Part shown: positions 50,767-63,268 of the stretch, in pieces | Layout: every line of letters begins with the position of its first letter | Numbering within the stretch: position 1 is the stretch's first letter | DNA from: Rhizodiscina lignyota | Lineage: Eukaryota | Assembly: GCA_010015805.1 (NCBI GenBank) | Contig: ML978121.1 | Location: forward strand, 3,472,001-3,536,000 | Direction: 5' to 3' | Length of the DNA: 64,000 nt | Position numbers and translations under genes: made by a program | Notes under the pieces: generated by a model | What the model saw: the letters and a program-made list of their open reading frames with translations, nothing else | Databases searched by the model: none | Told to the model about the DNA's origin: nothing

Positions 50767-53008
50767 TGCGATAAATGGAAGCGAGATAAGGGCCGGAAGG
50801 TCTTTTTGCGATCGAATTCGGCCTTCTCGGCACGTAGTTGGAGGTCCCTGCTGCGTTCTCGGTTATGCAAATGCACTGGAATGATTTTCAACGCTGAACT
50901 AGGTGGACGACGCGAAAGGTGATTCGAGCACTGCTGTTGAATATGGAGGGGAAAACAACATCCTTTGCCGTCCATCCGTCTTGCTAAATACTCCGTGCAT
51001 TGCAACGATCCTCTCATTGCGCTGGATACCTACCGGGCCGGTCTACGAGGAAAGGAGGTGGGAATCGTAACTCCACCGTCACTGGAAAATGGCATTGTAA
51101 AGGCAACGAAGAGTCGCTATTCGTCGCTCTTTGCCGGTACCGCTTGGAAGCCGTAAAGCTTTGTGTCACTGGCATTGCCACGCGCTTCGCACAATGGCGG
51201 TATGGGTTTAAATCCGGAGCTTGAGGTTGGTGCCGTGTCCGAACCGCCCGAGAAATTCTCAATCCGGGAGAGCGGCACCTCAGACATGGAATTGTCACGG
51301 AATGCACAGTGTGAAGAATTCAACAAGACCATTTACGAGGTTGCGGCGGTCAGCGTGAGACTGCGGCATTCTTACTGCATCTAAAAATTTATATCATGGC
51401 AAAAGCTTCGTGATTACTGACACGATTTTGTCGTTGTGGCAAGCGTTGCACGAAGAAGAGGCTGAAGAGCTTCATCTCGTGGCGCCAATGGATCTGGTGG
51501 CTCGAGCACTGCATTCTCGGAATGATGTCATTTTTAATTCCCGTTTCCGCCGATTATTACATAAGCACTGCCCTTTTTCACCTACTCACGATCAAAGTCC
51601 TAAACGCATTGTACGTATCTGGCTTCCAACTCACCGCAATCCTCGGCATGGAGAGCCCGAGTAAGCATTTACGAGCCTTGTGGGCATTCAGAACGGTCTC
51701 GAGACCTTGATGCTAAGAACGGCGGCCGCCAGTGATCAATATTAGTCTCATATTACACCCACCGACTTTTGGCCAGAAGCAGTCAGTGCAGATGATGCAA
51801 TTTACTCCTGCCTGAGAATACAGATTCTCCACCGCCGAAAGCCGCAAACGGCTTCACGTCCGACCAGGAGCCTGTCGGTGGATTTCTTGAAGTCTGGTCA
51901 ATCCACTAATAAGATCCGCTTTATGTAAACCACAACTGCCGTACACTTCGAAGCTAGGGGCGCGTGTATCGGTTTTCTAGAGACGATGAAGTTGCAATAA
52001 GGAGGGATGTTAACAAACCTCGCATTCACCTGTGCTCTATAAGATGGAATTCCTTCAAAGTAACATACAGATGGAGTATCTGCTAACACAGGAATCCTTG
52101 AACTCCGCCCTAAACCCCCACTAGATCCTTTGCTGACACCAAGCATATACATACCCTGTAGAAGAGGTGTGGACGCCCGGTAAATGAGGATGCAGAACGG
52201 TTACGAAGCTTGTAAAGCATCCCTCGAATGATAGAAGTATGGCAACCTCCGAGTTTGCTACGTGTGCAATTCCTCCGCATTGAGAACGTGACTAACTCTT
52301 GAACATGAGCTTGCTCTATACAAGTCCTGAAACTCTCATCGAACGGTCTGCAAATGCGAATACTCTGATGGATGTAGAATACTATCTAGTGTAGTTTAAA
52401 ATTTCGAATGCTCCCAGTTTTATGTAGCATGGACACCCGGTGCTCGGTATCGGCGCAGGTCTAATAACAGTAGATGACAATCTGATACTTGGGTGAATTT
52501 ATGACTTTGGAAAGCCAACATGGAAGTGAGCTTTGTTACATGTGAACTAATGAGATTTCGATCCCATTTAAAAGGATCGTTTGAAGAGACATATTCACGG
52601 AATGGTCACGCTACGCCTGATTAACTGAATGGCTGCAGCAAAACAAGTTTTGTTCTTCAGCACGAGCGAGAGCGTCCCTGAAAGCTCGATTAAATGTACT
52701 CCAGAGCGTATTTATCGAAAATGTAGCTTCAGTGTGCATAACCTATATTAGTTAACAAGGATACATATACATTTTCGCGTCTTGACATTGCAGCACGGCT
52801 CAACTATTTTGTCACCCACTTGAATGGTGTAACTTAGCGAGCAGGAGCTAGACCGGAAATAGCAGCTCCGCTCGGTCGTTCTTTCTTCACGAAGCGGCAT
52901 GCGATGTCCATCCTCACTCTCCACTATTTTTCCCTTTGTAGAGGCCATCACTCACAGTATGGCTCTTGCACATCTGCGAAGACTTGCAGCGCCAGCTTCA
53001 ACGTGGAG

Positions 53009-55073
53009 ATGATCAAGTTCGTGAACCAGGCCTCGAATGGGCTACCGGAGAAGAGGAAGCAGACGCAACGGGCTTGCAACCAATGCCGGAAGCGCAAGGT
53101 AGACTCCAGCTCTTATTTTGATATCTCTGACAGTCCATCTGATTTAACTACAGAGACGTTGTACTCATGAGGAGGCCGCAGATGATGCAGAGATTGCTTC
53201 TGCGGAGACCAGCAGTGCAAGGGGAAGTGGCGCACAGAAGAAATCCAAATCCGGAACGGTGGACCCACTAGCGGAGCGAACAAATGGGTTCGTTGATCCT
53301 TCAGTTCTACCAGCTGCATCGGACGCTAGTTCCACGTCTGTTTTGGACCAGCTCAACGCTCGGGTTCCAAGTGAGAGAACTCCGTCAACCAACGATCATG
53401 AGACACCAGGCCGCCGCTTTATTGGTGATCTGAATCCAGAGGGTCTTCTACTTGCTGCCACAAGCCCAGAGAATACATCAAGTAGCTCTGCGGGAGACAA
53501 TATCGGTATCTGGATGACCGATTCGCGAAATAACGGAATACCTAAATTACACTCCAAGCTTTCGTTGAAACAGCCTCGATCTGATGGACTTCATTTTTCC
53601 GACCCACTCATCCAGAAGCTGCTTCTGCCCTACCTCGAGGATCAGTGTTTATCACTAGCTCCACCAGCTTCTGATTTTAAAGCTTTGAGCGCTATATACT
53701 TTGCGAAGATCCATCCAATCTTCCCCGTCATCGACACGAATGCTCTCTTCGATAGAGAGGGTTCGGAAGCAGGAGCAATCCTCCTGAGACAAGCAATATG
53801 TCTCGGTGCCTCAATGCACAGCAGTTCTGAGCCACATTTGCGGCTTGGAGTGGAGACTCGACTCATGAAACATGAAGAATTCTCTCAGAGGTTGACGGCT
53901 GCCATGAGGATGATTATTGATCTTGGCCTCGTCGCCAACAAGAGGGAACTGATTCAAGTTCTGGCTCTTCTCTCGCTATTTGCGCAGGATGCCGATGGCG
54001 GAGACCTGCCTTCCCAGTTTTGCAGCCGAGCCGTCTGCCATGTGCACTCGCTTGGGATTCACGTCGCCGGACACGAAGCGTCGGAGGAGACTACCCAGTC
54101 TGAGAGACTGTTCTTATGCGTATGGGTCTTGGACAGGCTGAACGCTGCCTTCCATGGGCGAGCTGAGCTCATGCATGAACGAGACTGGACTTGGAATATC
54201 GCCACTGCGATAAAGCATCAAGAGCCCTGCTTTCAAGTCTTTCTACGAACAATCTCATTGTTTGATCAAGTCATCGAACTTTACCGACCGGCGAACGGTG
54301 CTGCCCTGGCAAGCTGGGATCAAGATTTTCCGGACTTTGAGGATCTTGTGATAGCATCCGACGGTGCACGTATCAGTATGCCACTCTTAGCGACCATAGA
54401 GCTCTTCTATCATGCGGTCTCGATCCTCTCGCACCGCAAAAAGCCCCTGGAGGAAGATAATCGCTCCTCTGCATCTTTTTCTCGCCAAAACTTGTCAGTT
54501 GGGAGGGTCACTGCAATTGCTGGGCACGAATTTAAAGACCAACTCTCGTTGCTTCCGATTGTCCCATATGCTCTTACGCTCTCACTGAGCGTTGCATATC
54601 GCGAGCTTCGGTATAGCAAAGTTGCAATGTACCAAGCAAGAGCGCGGCGGCAGCTGCAGGAAAACAAGGACCTCCTAAGAAAGCTTGGCACTGTCTTCTG
54701 GTCAGCATCCACGAGAGCAGACATGGCAGAGCATTTATTCCGTGAGATGGAACGTGTCGCGGCATCCGTCAACACCAATAACCAACCGACTACTAATATT
54801 CCGGGTCCTGAGAAGGAACATCCAGTGGAGCGTAGTACTGAAGACTTTAACGATTCGTACAAAGAACGACCTTATCTATCTCCCGCCCATCATGGCGAAA
54901 CGCATAACGTTGGTTCCACGGAATTGATACCATTTGAACCTCCGCTTTTCGACAACACACAAGATTTCGACCTCTTCAGTCACTTTGACCCGAACTTCGA
55001 TCTTGCTGCCATTGACTCGGCTCTTTCTGGTGATCTCGATCTATCTTTCCCCAATATCTTCGATGGTTCGTGA
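53009..55073 (+). CDS. Fungal-specific transcription factor with a partial Zn-cluster N-terminus
   Basis: RACNQCRKRK|RRCTH after intron 53099-53153. Fungal_trans-type region: YFAKIHPIFPVID, RLFLCVWVLDRLNAAFHGR. Acidic tail. Confidence 0.85.
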
Positions 55074-57508
55074 AGACGAAGACCAAGAGTAGCGATATCT
55101 TACGTACGCATCAGCGACACGATGAGGTTTGTCTGTAGATCAGCGAATCTCCTACAGAGAGAGATCGTTCATTCCCTGCTTTCCCCTCACCACGCTTCCC
55201 AGCGCACAGTTCAAAACATGCAGACAAAGATCTCGAACAGTTGGGACCTCTCGGGTCGAATGCAATCGGGCATTCTATGTTTCAACACCTCGAAAATGGC
55301 TTGTGGGACTTGCTAACCCTTGAATTCCTCTGAAAGTGGCTTAGATGCTACTTGCTGGAGTTTGATATACCATATGCATCCCTGATTTAAATGCATATGG
55401 CAGTCCTCACGTGGTTTGGGAGTCACTGGCCAATTATAGTGCTTAGCGCTTATCAGTCGTTCAAGGATACTCTGTGTTATGATTTATCTGGCATCCTGGG
55501 AGTTTCACACTCGAGTCAGATTTTGAGAAGCCTAATGCGATGCAAAATTGGACATACATGCAAGCCATATCAACACACGCAGTTCCGTCTCCTGACGAGT
55601 TTCCAATTAGTTTGCGATCTGGCTGTTCAAGCGTAGCAAGTCGTCCTCTCGCCAAGGAACCTTCATACCTGATGGCTGTCCCTTGAAAGGAAGGTCGGCA
55701 TAAACAGGCTCCGCAATCTCGAGGAGAGAGCCAAGATTACTTAGCGCTTTCTTTAAGCCTGTTGTCAGCCTTAGGCTTGAAAGTCTTGTGTTCAAGACAT
55801 TGCAAGCTAGCCAGGAAGTGGATATGTGAACTCTCTGTTTCACGCATTGATGCACTGCAACGTGGACGTGCACCTCTCGTAGAGGGTAGAAGACTTCTAG
55901 AACATTGTGATCCTTGAAAAATCGGTCGACTCAAGACCTAGTTACCAAATATGAATCCATCCGGGGAACATATGCCGTCCCAAGACTCCAAGTCATCGCA
56001 TTCGCAAAGCCGTCCTTTGCCGCACTCTTGGAAACTCCACATTATAAGCTATTGAGGCTACCTACCCGAAATAGGTGCCCGCCCCGACGCCCCGTGGAGG
56101 GCCTCCAGCTCCGCGAAAACAGGGGGCGGGAGTGGCGTCAACGTTTTCGACCTTCTTTTTACGGAAAGCTTGTCTAACATTCTAAGGATTGACTGTCTTC
56201 TCCGCACGACTCGCGAGCAAACAATCTTGTGATCAATCGTTGGAGGCGATTGGTACATACAGCACACCTTTTGCAATTCTCAGCACTGTCCTTTTCTGTG
56301 TCCCATCCAACGGACATCCAATACACACGGCGGTTGTGCAATGCGGCAGGCTTTTGGACCCCTTAAGGAACCAGCACGTCGCCCTTTAAGGATAGCTGCA
56401 CTTACCCTATGCCCAGCCCAGAAATCTTTATCTCTTCCATGGGCATTCGATGGCATCATGACAGGGCCCTGGATTATTCTGGGCGAGGCCTCCAAGCGAC
56501 AGGGACCGGGCGGATCGCGAGATCACCGATCATATGAATGTCTTCAAAGTGTCATGATAGATGTCGAGAAGCGCGTCATTGGCTCTCGTATCAAGCGTGT
56601 CTGCAGAAGGGAAGCATTTTATCAAATACTATGTGAGTGGCTTTTCTTTATGCGGTGCTAAGAAAATCCTGTATCAACGCTCGTCACTCCTTGCAGTGGG
56701 CGGCTTTTCCGCCCGTCTTGGCATTCGTTACACTGCTGTCTCATTTGTGCCCTCTGTCATATCAATGGAAATCCTAAAAAGACTCCTTCGTGATCTTATC
56801 GATACGAAAATACTTCCGGGAAGTTTCAGGACAGAGCATCCGCATGTTAAGAAATCCACCATGCAAAGACGCTGATCTGTAGCTCTCAATCTGGCCCGTC
56901 AAAGGGCGGAAATCCGATATCTTACGCTCGTCTTGGCGTTAGCATGAGGTTACATGGTTCACTACCAGCGGAGGCCATGCGTCGTCTGAGGCTGGGGTTG
57001 TGGTTGGCGGAGGCCGCCTCGCGCCTGGTTGCATTCTCATACAATGCGTTTCTTGGCCCTCTGACAACCCGCTTCGGCGGGAGTCCTGAGCTGATACCGA
57101 ACTCTGGTTCTGGTTAATCATTGCACTCCATATCGTGACTGCGTAGATCAACCATGTGCGACTTTACTGAGATCGGCAGCTGGACGTTGGATGGGAGGGG
57201 AAACAATCATCGTGTCGAGTGCATGCTAGACTTCTCTCACCTCCCGCCCTGGCGCTCACACCTTGTTATCTCTTGGGACTTATTTCGTATAGAACGAGTA
57301 AAAGCAGGGGTTGTGATTGTTTGGGACAGGCATTGATAGACATGGAACTTGGGCGAGCCGTGGGATGGATCACTGTCTTTGGCACTTATATTACTCCTGC
57401 ATCTCACCACCTCGAAACGGTTCTCTCTTACTCCTGATTTGAGGCGCCCGATCGTCTGTTCAAACAGAAAAAAATTCAAGAGTAGGATTGGGAAGACGAC
57501 TCCTCACC

Positions 57509-60023
57509 ATGGACGCTAGCGAGGTTACGGACCACTCGTGGCAGCCAATGGGGCAAATTAACCCTCTTGTGTATGTTTCGTCTGACTATGCCCTAAATAT
57601 CACACTGACTGTGGCACAGCCCACCTTTGACTGAAGAGAAGAATACTTTCAACACACCACACCAGCACCAAGAGATTGGTGCCATAGATGAGAAGGCACC
57701 GTACGTCGAAGATGCCGATCTCGACAAAGAAGAGCAGCCACGCAGCTTTATGGACGATCCGTTCCGTCCATTCGATGACCTTCAAGACGAAAAGCACTGG
57801 GTCGTTACTAGCCGTGCTGTCTTCGTCGGTCTCTGCTGTGGTGCTCTTGTGAATGCATCGAATGTCTATCTTGGTCTCAAGACCGGTTGGACATTCAGTG
57901 CCAATTTGTTCGGCGTAGGTACCATACTATACTTCGATTGGGCATCCACTAACAGATTTGAAGGCAATTGTCGGTTTCGCCGTGATCAAGTTCTTCTCTA
58001 GGACCTTCGCAGAGAACTTTCCCATCCTTGGTGGCAGCTTCGGCCCTCGAGAGAACAACATCATTCAGACGGCGGCTACCGCATCTGGTGGATTATCGAA
58101 CGTCTTCATTTCAGCCTTCCCCGCCCTATACCAGTTGGATCTCCTCCGTACACCGAAAGAGGATTATTGGCGTATTGTCGGCCTTACTGCCGTTGGTGGA
58201 TACTTCGGCTTCTTCTTCGCCACCCCTCTTCGCAAGTTCTTCATCATCTATGTTGCTCGCGAGTTGCGCCTCATTTTTCCATCTCCATCGGCTACTGCCA
58301 TGACCATTAAGTCAATGCACGAGGCTGTTGGGGGTGAGCAAATCGCTAAAATTAAGATGAAGGGACTTAGTATTGCTTTTTCTTGTGCGTTTATCCTGCG
58401 GGTAGTCTCGCAGTATGCAATTGGCATCCTCTGGGACTGGCACATCTTCACCTGGTTCTTTATCTGGGGCAATTACCATAACCTCGCGATAAACGTGGAG
58501 AACTGGGGTTGGTTGATAGAGTGGACTCCAGCTTTCATCGGCGCGGGCATGCTTGTCGGCCTCAATGTCGCCATCTCGTTCTTTGCCGGCTCGGTTATTG
58601 CCTGGGGTATTATCGGCCCTGCTCTCGTGCACAACGGAGTTGCTTTTGGAGTGGCAGTTGGACCAGACGGTGATCCGAGATGGGAGAACTACATCAGCTT
58701 TGCGTCTCTCAGCCTGAGCGCTTCGAACAAGGACACTCCAAGCCCGAGATACTGGCTACTCTGGCCTGGGGTGCTCATGATGATTGCTGTTTCGTTCACA
58801 GAACTTGCCATGCAGTGGCGCATCTTTATTTTCGCGTTCCGGGCTCTCTTCCGTGCATCGGCAAGAGCGACCTACGATATCTCGAAGAAGTTTGGCAAGG
58901 AGATGCCAAAGCTGGAGAAAATGTCTCGCCAGGAACAGTCTGATATGGTTGATGATCCAGCACCGATTGAAGACCAGGTGAAGATGTGGATGTGGCTTCC
59001 GGGCCTCATCGTCGTCATTATCTGCATCTGCGTCGTCCTTGGTGTCGTCTATCACATGCCGGTTGGAATGTCTCTCCTTTCCGTCTTCCTCGCCTTCTTC
59101 TTCTCCTTCCTGGCCATACAGTGCACCGGCGTTACGGACATAACACCACTCACTGCCGCCTCCAAGGCCTCTCAAATCGTCCTCGGCGGTGCAACAAAGG
59201 GCGAGCATTGGCAGGTCAGGCACGCACAGCTCCTCAACCTGCTCGGTGGCGCTCTTGCGAACATGGGTGCTAACCAGTCAACCGACCTGACCTCTGATTT
59301 CCGCGTCGGCTTCCTCCTGCGCACGCCCCCGATCCAGCAGTGGTTTGCTCAGGGCGTCGGTACTATCGTCGCTATCTTCCTCGCGCCGGCCATGTTTGTG
59401 CTGTTCGCGAAAGCCTACCCGTGCATCATCGATATCAATGCCACAACATGCACCTTTGGCGTGCCCTCAGTGAGCGCGTGGCGCGCCGTCGCTGTTGCTG
59501 TCACTGATCCGACATTCCCGATCCCGAAATCTAGCGGTATTTTCGCTATCGTCTTTGCCGTCTTCGGTTCTATCATGGTATTGATCAGGCACTACGTCTG
59601 GGTCGGTAGACTCGAGTGGGTGTAAGTGATTTAGACTTAATATCTTTAGCTTTACTAACAAAGCTATCTTTTTGGATTATCATTAATTAATTCCTAGACG
59701 TGCTTATCATCCAAATATGATGTGCGTCGGCCTCGCTTTCACGCTCCCGCAGACTTATTATGGTACGGCTATGGTTATCGGTGCGGTTCCAGCGTATATA
59801 TGGGCAAAACGTAATCCCAAGAGCTTTGATGTGCTAGGATATGCCATTGCTGCGGGCTTGATTGCGGGCGAGGGTATCGGAGGTGTTGTTAATGCCATCT
59901 TCCAGGTAAGCCTACTTGACAAGTTCAAAGTGGTTCACGCACCTGCTAATAGAGTCTCAGGTTGCTGGAATATCAGGCGACAAGTATGGTACAAATATTG
60001 CGTGCCCGGCTGAGGCATGCTGA
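57509..60023 (+). CDS. OPT-superfamily transporter (YSL-like clade)
   Basis: NVYLGLKTGWTFSANLFG, FGPRENNIIQTAATA, LIFPSPSATAMTI, SDFRVGFLLRTPP, AAGLIAGEGIGG. Four introns. Confidence 0.93.
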
Positions 60024-60170
60024 GGAAACCCACCATTTTCAGTGATATAAAGGATAAGGTAACAGGATCAGAGGTGCTTGTGCCCTCTGCTGTGACTTTT
60101 GTCATACATTAAGATACCCGCTCGTTAAAATGAGAGAATGTTGTCAACTGTAACTCAGTCAGCTAAAGTC

Positions 60171-60810
60171 CTTGTATGATAAAAGTCAACTAGACTACTA
60201 GTATGATTGAATACTGTTTCGGATACAGCGGCAAAGCGAGCTCTATCTAACTACTCTATCTGCCGTCGAAGCTAGATATCTTATCTTGTAAAGATCAACT
60301 AGACTCCTAAGATAATTAAACACTGCCTCTGTATACAGTAATAAAGTATGCTCTTTGTAACTGCCCTAGCTAACGGTAAAGCTTAAAGCCTTATGTCATA
60401 GAGAATAAACGGCCTCCTAAAATAATTAAATGCTATCTTTGTATATAGTAATAGAGCATGTTTATTATGACCACCCTAGCTAACGTTGAAACTGAAGGCC
60501 TTATCTTGTAAAGATTAACTAGACTCCTAGACTAATTAAATGCTACCTCTGTATATAGTAATAAAGCATGCTCTTTATGACTACCCTAACTCAAGTTGAA
60601 ACTTAAGGCCTTATATTATAAAGAATAAACAAACTTTGCATAGGATTAAATACTACCTTCATATATAGTAGCGAATCATACTCTATACAACTACTCTACC
60701 TAGTAGTAAAGCTTAAGATCTAATATTATAAAGGTTAACTAAACTCCTCATGGGATAGAATGCTACCTTCATATACAGTGGCGAAGCGTACTCTTTATAA
60801 ACTGTATAGC
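60171..60810. repeat. Diverged tandem array of 110-bp units (about 5.8 copies), AT-rich
   Basis: Units start at 60171, 60281, 60391, 60501, 60611 and 60721. They share TTATCTTGTAAAGA..AACTAGACTCCTA, ATTAAATGCTACCT.TGTATATAGTA and CTCTTTAT.ACTACCCTA. Confidence 0.9.
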
Positions 60811-60961
60811 GATAAACTTCGATCTTTACACGGCTTATGAAACAACGCTTCCCATTCCAGCTCTCTCAAAGTCCGCAGATCTCGAGCATTCAAATCCACC
60901 AAGAGTAACACCGTTCATTTCTCACGCTAGAAGTAACTGCTATCATACACTTGAAATGACT

Positions 60962-62704
60962 TCACATCCTTCGCTTGATCTTCAGCTCGTCAACCAGCAA
61001 CTTCCGAGTCTCTTCGTGATCGTTCTTTTCAGCATCGTACTTCTCCTGCAACCGTTGGTTTTTCCTTCTCTCTTCTTCAAGAGCTTGACGTAGTCGCTTA
61101 TTTTCGTTTCCCAGGAACCTCTGATTATCGCAATCTGCAGCCAGCGAAGATACGGATCTCTTTCTCTTCTGCCCGCGTGCCCTTTTCGAGGATGTTTCAG
61201 CTCGCAGCGGTTCAGGCTGGACGCTGGGGAGGAGTCCAAAAGGCAGCTCCTCTCTTGAATGCTCACTCGCTTCAGGGATCGGATGTGAACGGCCAGTAGC
61301 TGCGTTGGGCATCTGGGACTGCGCAGCAGGGATATCTACCGTTTGCGGATGTATGCGTCGGACATGAGAGTTGAGGTTGTCTCTCCTCGCGAATCCGTTC
61401 GTGGAACCTCCTTTGGCATATTTGCAATTCGCAAACGTGCAGAAAAAGCGGCTTCCCCTGTGAAAAGCCTTTGCATGTCGCTCGAGATCATACTCCCTCG
61501 CGAATGATTGACCAGGATGCTGACAGTCTTCCGCATCACAGTAGTACTTGGGGCTACGACGCTCTTTCTGGGTACTACTTACAGTCATTAGCCTTTCCAA
61601 GATATACTCCATCTAGTGAAGCGGTCAGAAAAACTTACTCTAGATCTTTTTGGTTGGAGAATGAGGCTCGCCTCCGGTCGAACGTTGCCTAGAATGGCCG
61701 ACACGCACATTCTCGTGCGAAATTCCGTAGTCGTCAGGTGAGTTGATAGCTATTTCACTACGTTGGCTTTCAATCAACGAAGCCTGCGGCATTATCACAG
61801 CAATGTGCCGTTCCACTGGCACCTCGGAGATGGTACTTGGGAGGCCGCTGTCCACTCCGGTGCTTGCGAGAGGAAGCATCGACTGTTGCCAGGTTCCTGT
61901 CCCAGACAATCCCTCAAAAAGGTCCTGAGGGATGGAATTGGGGAAGGTTGCAGTAGTCTCTAGCGTATCAAAGTCACCATAGACGGGGAAATTGACTGTG
62001 ACTTCTTAGTAAGGCCGGATAATCTTCGATTCGCATTCTTACTCACCAAAATCATGCCAAATATCCTGCTCTTCAATCCCAATTCGACTCTCCGAAAGCT
62101 GGTTCTCTGGATTGTAGAACATCCAGCAAACACCCCACAGTACCACCAACGCCGGCCAAATCGTCCAGGGCATTGTTGTACATGGTGGTCGTATTTGCCC
62201 AGGAAATGTACCCAATGCTCTGAAACAGGAGATACCATAGTGCATAATTAGCAGAAAAAGAGTCTCGATATATCTAAAGATCACTTCGAGCTCATGGGTG
62301 CCTTCATGCTCCTCCACATACAGTTTCAGGTCGGTGTCCAAGAGCATGAAATTGAGGTCATTGAAAATGATATTGGCGCATGCGAAAACATGTCCGACAA
62401 GCGAATGACCGATTGGTGGCCAGGTAAGGAGCTTGCGTATTCGAAGGTCAACTCGGAGGTTGTCCAAACGAACCTGTGCTTCTCTCAAATGCGAAAAAGT
62501 TGGGCTCATCGAAAGGCTGGGAAGGTCCTTTATATAGTCCTGCATCGTCTTGATTTCCGGGATAGCGATCTGTTCGCTTTCAAGAAAATCTTTCAAGAAG
62601 CTGTAGAAGATAATATCTTGCCGCGATTTCGATAGAACCTGGACTATCGATGGATAGACGACCGATCGCACATTCGGCACGTATTGGAAAAGGGTTGAAG
62701 CCAT
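60962..62704 (-). CDS. C2H2 zinc-finger protein with C-terminal coiled coil; exon junctions partly unresolved
   Basis: Two fingers (CDAEDC...FAREYDLERHAKAFH and CTFANC...FARRDNLNSHVRRIH), NLS-like KRKR, coiled coil. An upstream exon contains MPWTIWPALVVLWGVCWMFY. Intron about 61996-62046. Confidence 0.65.
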
Positions 62705-63268
62705 TTGTAGAAGGGCATTTGAAATGATGGAAGGATAAAGCTGCTATAATATCCCCAGGAACGATTCGGAATGGCGACTTATATGTATTTTTGGCCAACC
62801 CCTCACTAGCACGCCGCCCTGTTTTTGAGGCAACTTCTTCGTGATGAACGTAACAAAATATACGGGAGGTTAATTGGAACTGAGCAACTGAAGAAGATTT
62901 TTTGTGAAGGAAATTCAATGGGCATGGTTTATAATGTCTCGTCATACTTATCTTGATCAAATCATCAACAGGCATCGGTAGCTTGTGAGGCTGAATCCGG
63001 TTACAGAGATTTTTGCGCACGAAGCCCAAACAGGGCAAATACGCCTTAACTGTGGCGACAGCCTTGTTTGTAAGGCAAAGAATACCGCGACAAGGTGATA
63101 ATGTAGTTTCACTCATTTCAGCTCTGCGCCTTACGGCAACGAAGGCGAAAGTTTCGAGCCTTGCGAAGAAATTGGGCAAATTGAATACCTCTAAATGGAT
63201 CGCAGTGGCTTATGGGAAGACTTGACTTGCACCTCGATCACTGATCGGCGGTCTAAGGGGGCTTTTTT

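Noticed and set aside
48886..60023. Secondary-metabolite cluster (MFS + TF + OPT)
   Set aside because: No PKS, NRPS, terpene synthase or tailoring enzyme in this part of the window.
60171..60810. CRISPR-like array
   Set aside because: Whole units are homologous, with no unique spacers and no cas genes; the context is fungal.
62580..63179. 199-aa minus-strand ORF upstream of the C2H2 gene
   Set aside because: Non-ATG start, no motifs, and overlaps the next gene in another frame.
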